In this document: positions 8,327 through 14,051 of the stretch, in pieces
Position numbering within the stretch: the first letter of the stretch is position 1
How the letters are laid out: every line of letters starts with the position of its first letter
Assembly (NCBI GenBank): GCA_934183305.1
Contig: CAKPSF010000001.1
Coordinates: 212,931 to 244,930 of the forward strand
DNA: 32,000 nt
Source: an uncultured Clostridia bacterium
Lineage (GTDB): Bacteria > Bacillota > Clostridia > TANB77 > CAG-508
Direction of reading: 5' to 3'
The notes under the pieces: model-generated
What the model was told of the DNA's origin: nothing
Database searches by the model: none
Seen by the model: only the letters and a program-made list of their open reading frames with translations
Made by a program: the position numbers and the translations under genes

Positions 8327-8358
8327 AAAAAATCGAGATTTAAAAATCTCGATTTTTT
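8327..8358. terminator. Bidirectional terminator (tRNA-Lys / VanW gene)
   Basis: AAAAAATCGAGATTT...AAATCTCGATTTTTT palindrome with flanking A-run and T-run. Confidence 0.75.
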
Positions 8359-10180
8359 ATTCTCCTATCACTTCTGTAGAATTATTATTGTTTTCTGTTG
8401 TAGACGCAGGGACTGTTTCTGCAGGAATTGAGCTTGCTGTTTTTTTAGTTCCAACCTGTACTATTCTATCCATAGGTTTATAAGTATCTTTTGATAATAC
8501 TGTTTTTGATATTACCGTTCCATTATATTTTATTGTTTTGTAAGCTACACTTTTAAGTCCACTATGTCCTTTTTGTATAATTTTTTCTTTTCCTTCTGTC
8601 AAACTACTATTTTTTTCATATACAGTTTGACATGGTGTCGTACTTAAAACACTACTTGATAGCACCACTTCATATTCTTTTTCTTCTTTTATACCTGCTA
8701 TTGATACACTTACTACCCCATTTTTTGCATTTGCAACAATTTTAACTGGATAGCTTCTATTATTTTTGAATTTAAAATCTTTTCCACCATATGCAACTGT
8801 AGCATCTCTTCCTGCTGGTACATAATTTACAGCATATGAATGATTATGTCTTTCAACAATTTCTAAATTTGCATATAATACAGCATTATATAATGTAGTA
8901 GAAACTTGGCAAATTCCTCCTCCATATGCTTGAACTACTTTTCCTCCAACATATGCTCCGCCTTCTTTATATCCTTTTTCCTTTGTAGTGTTTCCTAATG
9001 TACCATTATATGAAAAACTTTCACCAGGTAAAAGTATTGTTCCATTTATTGTACTAGCAGCCAAAGCAATATTATGAGCCCTATTAGAATTTCCAGCATC
9101 ATATATTGTAGTGTATTTAGCTAAAGTTTGTTTAAATAATTTATCACCCAGATCCTTAACTTTTACTTTAGCTTTTGTTATTTTTAATGGGATTGTATAA
9201 GTTTCACTATCTGTTTCTAATATTTTTTTTGCTTCATCAAGACTAATATCAAAATCTACTCCATCTTCATCCTTATGTAATTCAAATGGATCTTCAACAA
9301 TATATGCATCTTTAGCATCTTTATGGATTTCATTATAAATCTTAGATATATCTATACTTTCAGGAATAGCATCTACTACTGGTATAATTTCTTTTTCTTT
9401 TTCATCATTAAATTGTTTTTTTAAATTTTTAATTAAAATTTCCCTTAATTTTTTTTCATCAATAGTTTTACCCGCTACTCCTTTTGTTATTATAAGTTCA
9501 TCGTTGTTAATTTCATATGAGTATTGTTTTACCGCTTCTGGCATTTCTGCCAAAATATTTTGAATCATTTCATCAAACTTCTCTTTGTTAATTGATATAT
9601 TTAATTCAAATTTTGTTTTAAATATATTAGTTTTTAGAATAGAATAATTGTCTATAAGAATATTATTAGATTTTCCTATATTTATCGCTTGTTTCATAGC
9701 TTCTTTTGCATCGATTGTTATACCTAATTCTTCTAATTTTATAATTGTACTATAATCATTATAGGTCAACTCTATGTCTTCTATTTGCTTTAATCTTTCT
9801 TCGACAATTGAATTTGCTTCATCTTTAGTTAAATTAGAAATATTTATTTTCTCTATATAAACACCGTTAACAATATTATTATTATCAATATTTAGTATTG
9901 CAAATATTGTTGAAATAAATAATAAAATAACAACTATAATTGGGATAATCAAAAGCCATTTCTTTTTTGTTTTTTCTTCTTTTTTATTATTTTCTTCTTC
10001 GTTATCTTTTATTTCTTCTACATCTTGTTCTTGTTTATCACTTTCGGGCTCGTTACAATCTTCCACTTCTTCATTTTTCTCTTCTATTTCAATGCTTTCA
10101 ATATTAGGATTACTCTCATCTATTGTTTCTTCATCTTTTTTTACAATTTCATCTTCAAGGTTTTCATTATCTTTTTCCAT
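8357..10180 (-). CDS. VanW/YoaR-like protein with an acidic N-terminal tail, a TM anchor and a C-terminal G5 domain
   Basis: 607 aa. VanW core: LPGESFSYNGTLGNTT..GY..G......GGGICQVSTTLYNA...ANLEIVERHNHS. G5-like segment: TVYEKNSSLTEGKEKIIQKGHSGLKSVAYK...DRIVQVGTK. The first ~75 aa are E/D/N-rich, followed by one TM helix. Confidence 0.85.
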   Translation of the reverse strand: MEKDNENLEDEIVKKDEETIDESNPNIESIEIEEKNEEVEDCNEPESDKQEQDVEEIKDNEEENNKKEEKTKKKWLLIIPIIVVILLFISTIFAILNIDNNNIVNGVYIEKINISNLTKDEANSIVEERLKQIEDIELTYNDYSTIIKLEELGITIDAKEAMKQAINIGKSNNILIDNYSILKTNIFKTKFELNISINKEKFDEMIQNILAEMPEAVKQYSYEINNDELIITKGVAGKTIDEKKLREILIKNLKKQFNDEKEKEIIPVVDAIPESIDISKIYNEIHKDAKDAYIVEDPFELHKDEDGVDFDISLDEAKKILETDSETYTIPLKITKAKVKVKDLGDKLFKQTLAKYTTIYDAGNSNRAHNIALAASTINGTILLPGESFSYNGTLGNTTKEKGYKEGGAYVGGKVVQAYGGGICQVSTTLYNAVLYANLEIVERHNHSYAVNYVPAGRDATVAYGGKDFKFKNNRSYPVKIVANAKNGVVSVSIAGIKEEKEYEVVLSSSVLSTTPCQTVYEKNSSLTEGKEKIIQKGHSGLKSVAYKTIKYNGTVISKTVLSKDTYKPMDRIVQVGTKKTASSIPAETVPASTTENNNNSTEVIGE

Positions 10181-10297
10181 AATATCTCCCCATTATTCAT
10201 TTTTACAACAAAATATTATCATAAAGAAGAAAACTTTACAATATAATTTTAAAATATTGCTTATATAATAATATGAACAATTTAAATTATTATAACA

Positions 10298-10495
10298 CTA
10301 TTTAGAAAAAAATACTTCTGTTATACTTCTATTTAAAATAATGGATATATTTTCCATTACCTCCACAGACGGATTATCCCTACTTCCATTCTCTAAATGA
10401 CTTAAATATCCAGCTGAAATACCACTTCTTTGGGCCAATTCTTTTAATGTTAATTTTCTTTCTTTTCTATATTTTCTTATCTTATTTTTATACAT
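10298..10495 (-). CDS. XRE-family HTH regulator, Cro-like (65 aa)
   Basis: HTH_3 motif LTLKELAQRSGISAGYLSHLENGSRDNPS. It is divergent from a CI-like repressor gene. Confidence 0.8.
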   Translation of the reverse strand: MYKNKIRKYRKERKLTLKELAQRSGISAGYLSHLENGSRDNPSVEVMENISIILNRSITEVFFSK

Positions 10496-10660
10496 TTTAT
10501 CACCTCTTTTTATTTGTCAAAATGTTATCATAATTCAATTTGACAAGTCAAGAGTTTTATGATATTTTTATAAAAAATATTTTTTTAAGTTTACTACTAG
10601 ACAAATTGTGTTTTTTTATGTATAATGTTGTAAAAAAATAGAAAAAGAGGTATTTTTATT

Positions 10661-11233
10661 ATGATGATTGGTGACATGATTGCAAAGGCAAGAAAAGAAA
10701 AGGGTATGTCTAAAACAGAATTGGCAAGACTTACAGATATTAATATAGGACATCTTACACATATAGAAAAAGGTGAAAGAAATCCTAGCCATAAAGCTTT
10801 AAAAAATATTTGCAAAGCTCTAAATATACCTTATCAACAATTAATGTTTACTTATGATAAATGCGTTAACGAAGAACAAGAAAGCTATAATTTAGTAAAA
10901 CATATTTCTTATAATAAACTTATAGCAGTAGATAATATTGGTGGATTTATTGATTGTCCTCCAGACATTCCAAGTTCAGCAATAGCTTTAAAAGTTAGAG
11001 ATGATTCAATGGCTCCAACAATAGCTAAAAATTCTTATGTTTTTGTTGAATTCAATTCTCCTTTATCAAATAAAGAAATTGGATTATTCTCATATAATGA
11101 TAAAATAATAATAAGAAAGTTCTATTCTAGAAATGGAAAAATAACTTTAAAAGCAGATAATACTGAGATTGAAGATATCAAAATAAATGATAATGATACT
11201 TTTTACATGATTGGAAAAGTTTTTGTAAAATAA
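10661..11233 (+). CDS. CI/LexA-like repressor: XRE HTH fused to an S24 peptidase domain
   Basis: N-terminal HTH (MSKTELARLTDINIGHLTHIEKGERNPS). C-terminal S24 fold with the catalytic Ser context (VRDDSMAPTI) and a downstream Lys (IIIRKF). RBS AGAGGT lies upstream. Confidence 0.82.
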   Translation: MMIGDMIAKARKEKGMSKTELARLTDINIGHLTHIEKGERNPSHKALKNICKALNIPYQQLMFTYDKCVNEEQESYNLVKHISYNKLIAVDNIGGFIDCPPDIPSSAIALKVRDDSMAPTIAKNSYVFVEFNSPLSNKEIGLFSYNDKIIIRKFYSRNGKITLKADNTEIEDIKINDNDTFYMIGKVFVK

Positions 11234-11321
11234 TAACTTTTTTTAGCAAAAAGTATTGCTTTTAATTATTTTTAATAATATAATAATTCATACAAAAGAG
11301 AAAGTTTTTAAGGAGTTAAAA

Positions 11322-11783
11322 ATGGAACTATCAAAGAATATATTTTTTAATACAGATAGATTGGTACAAAATTCTAAAGTTAAAATTTCGTATACAGGAG
11401 CATTATTTAGCGAAAATGCTGATGATGTATTTATTCATTATGGTTTTGATAATGACTGGAAAGAATTAAATGAAATTAAAATGGAAAAGACAGATTTAGG
11501 TTTTCAAGCTGAAATAGAACTTCCTTCTTACGAAACATTTAATTTCTGTTTTAGAGATGGAAATAATAATTGGGATAATAACAATAATGCTAATTATATA
11601 TTCAATATAGAAAAATCTGAAACAGCTCTAGCAATTAGAGAAGAATTTGCTCTAGAAACAAAACGTCATTTAAGAAAGTCTTATATTTGGAGCAAAAAAA
11701 TTAGATTAGCTATTTACAAACTATTAGTATACGTACCTAGATTAATTTCTGGAAACTATAAAAGAAAAATTACTGAAGAATAA
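11322..11783 (+). CDS. Carbohydrate-binding-module-like protein (CBM25/CBM53-like) with a basic amphipathic C-terminal tail
   Basis: The ATG at 11322 is preceded by AAGGAG; the track's 11256 start has no RBS. The pattern VKISY.G......V.IHYGFDNDW........M.....GF.A.I.L.....FNFCFRDG.NNWDNN...NY recalls starch-binding CBM repeats. The family assignment is tentative. Confidence 0.55.
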   Translation: MELSKNIFFNTDRLVQNSKVKISYTGALFSENADDVFIHYGFDNDWKELNEIKMEKTDLGFQAEIELPSYETFNFCFRDGNNNWDNNNNANYIFNIEKSETALAIREEFALETKRHLRKSYIWSKKIRLAIYKLLVYVPRLISGNYKRKITEE

Positions 11784-11785
11784 AC

Positions 11786-11816
11786 AAAAAGCACTTTTAA
11801 AAAGTGCTTTTTTTGT
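11786..11816. terminator. Bidirectional terminator
   Basis: AAAAAGCACTT ttaaa AAGTGCTTTTT between convergent genes. Confidence 0.75.
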
Positions 11817-11820
11817 TTTA

Positions 11821-12546
11821 TTATATATTCCATCCACCATTTACAGATATTATTTGTCCTGTAACATATTCATCTTCAATTAACCATTTAATACTTTTTG
11901 TAATTTCTTCTGGTTTTGAAATTCTTCCAAGTGGAATTTCATCTTCTATTTCTTTTATTTCTTCTAATTTTATATCTTTGTTCATATCAGTTTCAACAAA
12001 TCCAGGTGCAACAGAATTTACTCTTATATTAGATGGTCCCATTTCTTTTGCAAGAGCTTTTGTCATTCCGTCGATTGCAGCTTTTGAAACACTATATGCA
12101 ACTTCACAAGAAGCTCCTGTTATTCCCCATATTGAAGAAATATTAATTATACAACCTTTTTTATTATGTATCATATTTTTTAATACTTCTTGACTACAAT
12201 AAAATACAGAATTTAAATTTGTTTGTATTATATTATTCCAGTCCTCATCCGTTGTGTCCATAAAAAGCTTTATTTGGTCTATTCCTGCATTATTTATTAA
12301 TACATCTATATTGTTATACCTTTTTATTGCAAAATCAATTAATTCTTTAACTTCATTTCTTTTAGATACATCAGCTTTAAATATTTCTATATCTATTCCA
12401 TTTTCTTTTAATTCATTTTGTATTTGTTTTGCAGTTTCTGCTGAATTATTATAATTCAACACTACATTATAATTATTTTTTGCAAGCTCTTTAACTATTG
12501 CAGCACCAATCCCCCTTGATCCGCCAGTTACAATTACAGTTTTCAT
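11821..12546 (-). CDS. Short-chain dehydrogenase/reductase, 3-oxoacyl-ACP reductase (FabG)-like
   Basis: 241 aa. TGGSRGIG cofactor motif, NNAG, catalytic S...YSVSKAA, and a PG..ET motif. RBS AGGAGG lies upstream. Confidence 0.85.
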   Translation of the reverse strand: MKTVIVTGGSRGIGAAIVKELAKNNYNVVLNYNNSAETAKQIQNELKENGIDIEIFKADVSKRNEVKELIDFAIKRYNNIDVLINNAGIDQIKLFMDTTDEDWNNIIQTNLNSVFYCSQEVLKNMIHNKKGCIINISSIWGITGASCEVAYSVSKAAIDGMTKALAKEMGPSNIRVNSVAPGFVETDMNKDIKLEEIKEIEDEIPLGRISKPEEITKSIKWLIEDEYVTGQIISVNGGWNI

Positions 12547-12944
12547 ACTATTCCTCCTATTTTATATTTGCTTCTCTCTTTTCTTCCATTATTTAAATTA
12601 GCTTCCTTATACGTAGCTGTCAAAGAATGACAATTAGGACATAGTAAAATTAAATTCTCTTCATTATTATTTTTGTAATTTCCATCCATATGCTCAACTT
12701 CTAAAGGAATTTTATTTGTATATATATTTTTTTCTCCCCAACCACATCTTGCACATTTATTATTATATTTATTAAATAAATATGTTTTTATATGATTAGA
12801 TATTTGATATTCTCCTTTTAGTCCAGATTGAATTCCATTCTTCCATTCATCAATATATAACTTATATTCAAATTCTTTTTGACATACGTTTGAACAATAT
12901 TTATTCTTTTGTTTAATTTATCTTTCACAATTTAAACATTTCAT
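12543..12944 (-). pseudogene. HNH endonuclease gene inactivated by an in-frame TAA at codon 9
   Basis: I translated it by hand as one continuous 134-codon frame (133 sense positions plus the terminal TGA): MKCLNCER*IKQKNKYCSNVCQ...KCARCGWGE...LEVEHMDGNYKNNNEENLILLCPNCHSLT...IV*. The TAA lies at 12920-12918. There is no ATG between it and the HNH core. The terminal TGA overlaps the ATG of the SDR gene (ATGA). Confidence 0.8.
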
Positions 12945-12950
12945 AATTAT

Positions 12951-12978
12951 ATTATATAGTATTTTTTCAAAATGTCAA
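12951..12978 (-). promoter_or_regulatory. Promoter that would give a leaderless (or near-leaderless) HNH/SDR transcript
   Basis: On the minus strand: TTGACA (12978-12973), 16 nt, TATAAT (12956-12951), then only ATAATT before the ATG at 12944. No RBS precedes that ATG. Confidence 0.5.
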
Positions 12979-12989
12979 TTGATAGGAAA

Positions 12990-13030
12990 TAAAAAAATCA
13001 AGAATTAAGATTACTCAAAACTCTTGATCT
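12990..13030 (-). terminator. Terminator of the tRNA operon
   Basis: On the minus strand: ATCAAGA...TCTTGAT stem followed by TTTTTTT. The loop is long, so the hairpin is imperfect. Confidence 0.5.
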
Positions 13031-13032
13031 TT

Positions 13033-13328
13033 TGGAGCCACTTGTCCGAATCGAACGGACGACCTACTGATTCATACCACTACAATTTTCATTGCCATTT
13101 TTACATGTTTGCGGTCTGGACTTTCTCTTTACCATAGCTTACGCTTTAGGTACACCGTATAAAGTCTCTACACTCGAATTTCTTCTAGCTCGGGATTAAC
13201 ATATTTTCACTTAGTCTTCCCCGAATTAGCGGTGTCCACTTTATATGTTTCCATATAAAGGTGCAAAATAGTTCTAGATTTTCATCTATTCCACAAGTCA
13301 GTTGCTCTACCAGCTGAGCTAAAGTGGC
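13033..13328 (-). tRNA. tRNA-Thr (anticodon UGU) interrupted by a 220-nt group I intron after U36
   Basis: Exon 1 (13328-13293) is GCCACTTTAGCTCAGCTGGTAGAGCAACTGACTTGT. Exon 2 (13072-13033) is AATCAGTAGGTCGTCCGTTCGATTCGGACAAGTGGCTCCA. Joined, they give a canonical 76-nt cloverleaf with a perfect acceptor (GCCACTT/AAGTGGC), anticodon stem ACTGA/TCAGT, loop CTTGTAA and T arm GTCCG-TTCGATT-CGGAC. The central part matches the B. subtilis tRNA-Thr(UGU) core as I recall it. Confidence 0.9.
13073..13292 (-). ncRNA. Group I self-splicing intron, IC3-like, no internal ORF
   Basis: Hand fold on the minus strand. P1: exon TGT plus GGAATAG pairs with CTATTTTGCA, placing a U-G wobble at the 5' splice site. 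P2: CTTTATATG-GAAA-CATATAAAG. P3: ACACCG/CGGTGT. P4: TTCGGGG/TCCCGAG. P5 carries an ACUAAG/UAUGU tetraloop-receptor-like motif. P6: CTAGAA-GAAA-TTCGAG. J6/7 plus P7: TGTAGAGACTT / AAGTCC with a bulged A. P8: CCTAAAGC-GTAA-GCTATGG, also receptor-like. P9: GCAAT-GAAA-ATTGT. The last intron nucleotide is G. Confidence 0.85.
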
Positions 13329-13334
13329 ATTTAT

Positions 13335-13409
13335 TGGTGACCCCTACGGGAATCGAACCCATGTCTCCGCCGTGAAAGGGCGATGTCTTAACCGCTTGAC
13401 CAAGGGGCC
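13335..13409 (-). tRNA. tRNA-Glu (anticodon UUC)
   Basis: The minus-strand sequence GGCCCCTTGGTCAAGCGGTTAAGACATCGCCCTTTCACGGCGGAGACATGGGTTCGATTCCCGTAGGGGTCACCA folds as a cloverleaf and closely resembles Bacillus tRNA-Glu. Confidence 0.9.
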
Positions 13410-13413
13410 ATAT

Positions 13414-13489
13414 TGGTGAGCCATCGCAGACTCGAACTGCGGACAACTTGATTAAAAGTCAAGTGCTCTACCACCTGAGCTAATGGCCC
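13414..13489 (-). tRNA. tRNA-Lys (anticodon UUU)
   Basis: The minus-strand sequence is GGGCCATTAGCTCAGGTGGTAGAGCACTTGACTTTTAATCAAGTTGTCCGCAGTTCGAGTCTGCGATGGCTCACCA. The cloverleaf is canonical, with anticodon loop CTTTTAA. Confidence 0.9.
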
Positions 13490-13542
13490 ATGTCACCAAT
13501 AATTAATAAATATAAGCAGTCTTAAAACGCGACTGCCTATAT

Positions 13543-13571
13543 ATATTACTACATTTTTTGTCATATGTCAA
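13543..13571 (-). promoter_or_regulatory. Promoter of the tRNA Lys-Glu-Thr operon
   Basis: On the minus strand: TTGACA (13571-13566), 17 nt, TAATAT (13548-13543). A GCAGTC...GACTGC leader hairpin follows. Confidence 0.55.
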
Positions 13572-13597
13572 TATTTTTATAAAAATTTTATGAAATT

Positions 13598-13783
13598 TTA
13601 TGCATTTAATTTTTCTACTAACTCGTTAACATCTATTCCATGTACCATACAAGCCTCTTCTATTGTTTCAGCTTGTGATGCAGGGCATCCTAAACAATGC
13701 ATTCCAGCATTTAATAATATTTCTGCTTTTTCTGGTGCAACCTTTAATAATTCCCCAATTGTCATATTTTTTTCTATTTTCAT
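13598..13783 (-). CDS. DUF1858 domain protein (hybrid-cluster-protein-associated redox disulfide type)
   Basis: 61 aa. Characteristic motifs: TIGELLKV.PE.AEIL...GMHCLGCP.S..ETIEEA...HGID...L...LN. Confidence 0.85.
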   Translation of the reverse strand: MKIEKNMTIGELLKVAPEKAEILLNAGMHCLGCPASQAETIEEACMVHGIDVNELVEKLNA

Positions 13784-13839
13784 ATTATTCCTCCCAAATT
13801 AAATTTTATATTATTTTATCATATTTTTTATTAAAAGTA

Positions 13840-13868
13840 TAGACAAGTTTAAATAATTGTTGTATTAT
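13840..13868 (+). promoter_or_regulatory. Promoter of the T4SS-like operon
   Basis: TAGACA (13840-13845), 17 nt, TATTAT (13863-13868). Confidence 0.4.
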
Positions 13869-13887
13869 GATAATAATTTTAAAGGTG

Positions 13888-14040
13888 GTGATAATTATTC
13901 AAAACCTAATTCATTATTTTTTTATATCTTATATTATTAGTTTTTTAATTTCTTTTTATTCAATTTATATTTTCATTGATTCTCTATTTTTCCAAAGAGT
14001 TCAGGGTTCAAAATTAAATATTAAGAAAGATTATTTGTAA
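13888..14040 (+). CDS. Possible small single-TM protein (about 50 aa), first gene of the T4SS-like operon
   Basis: The frame is open from the GTG at 13888 and reads VIIIQNLIHYFFISYIISFLISFYSIYIFIDSLFF.... It is too short for the ORF track. Its TAA stop abuts the GGAGG of the next gene. The exact start is uncertain, because the GGTGG RBS overlaps the GTG. Confidence 0.3.
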   Translation: MIIIQNLIHYFFISYIISFLISFYSIYIFIDSLFFQRVQGSKLNIKKDYL

Positions 14041-14051
14041 GGAGGTGTATT

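Noticed and set aside
10597-10815. 72-aa minus-strand ORF across the Cro/CI control region (also 10025..10246, 7860..8163, 11804..12454)
   Set aside because: These are antisense to, or overlap, better-supported genes and promoter regions. None has an RBS and none has a recognisable domain.
12918-12920. The in-frame TAA in the HNH frame as programmed readthrough or recoding
   Set aside because: TAA is used as an ordinary stop by many genes in this window, and no recoding signal is apparent. A simple nonsense mutation or a sequencing error is more parsimonious.
13073-13292. The tRNA-Thr insert as an IS/MITE insertion, a group II intron or an archaeal-type bulge-helix-bulge intron
   Set aside because: It has no terminal inverted repeats, target duplication or ORF. 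It is far too short for a group II intron and lacks the 5' GUGYG. It is too long and lacks a BHB motif. The full group I core with a U-G splice site and terminal G fits instead.
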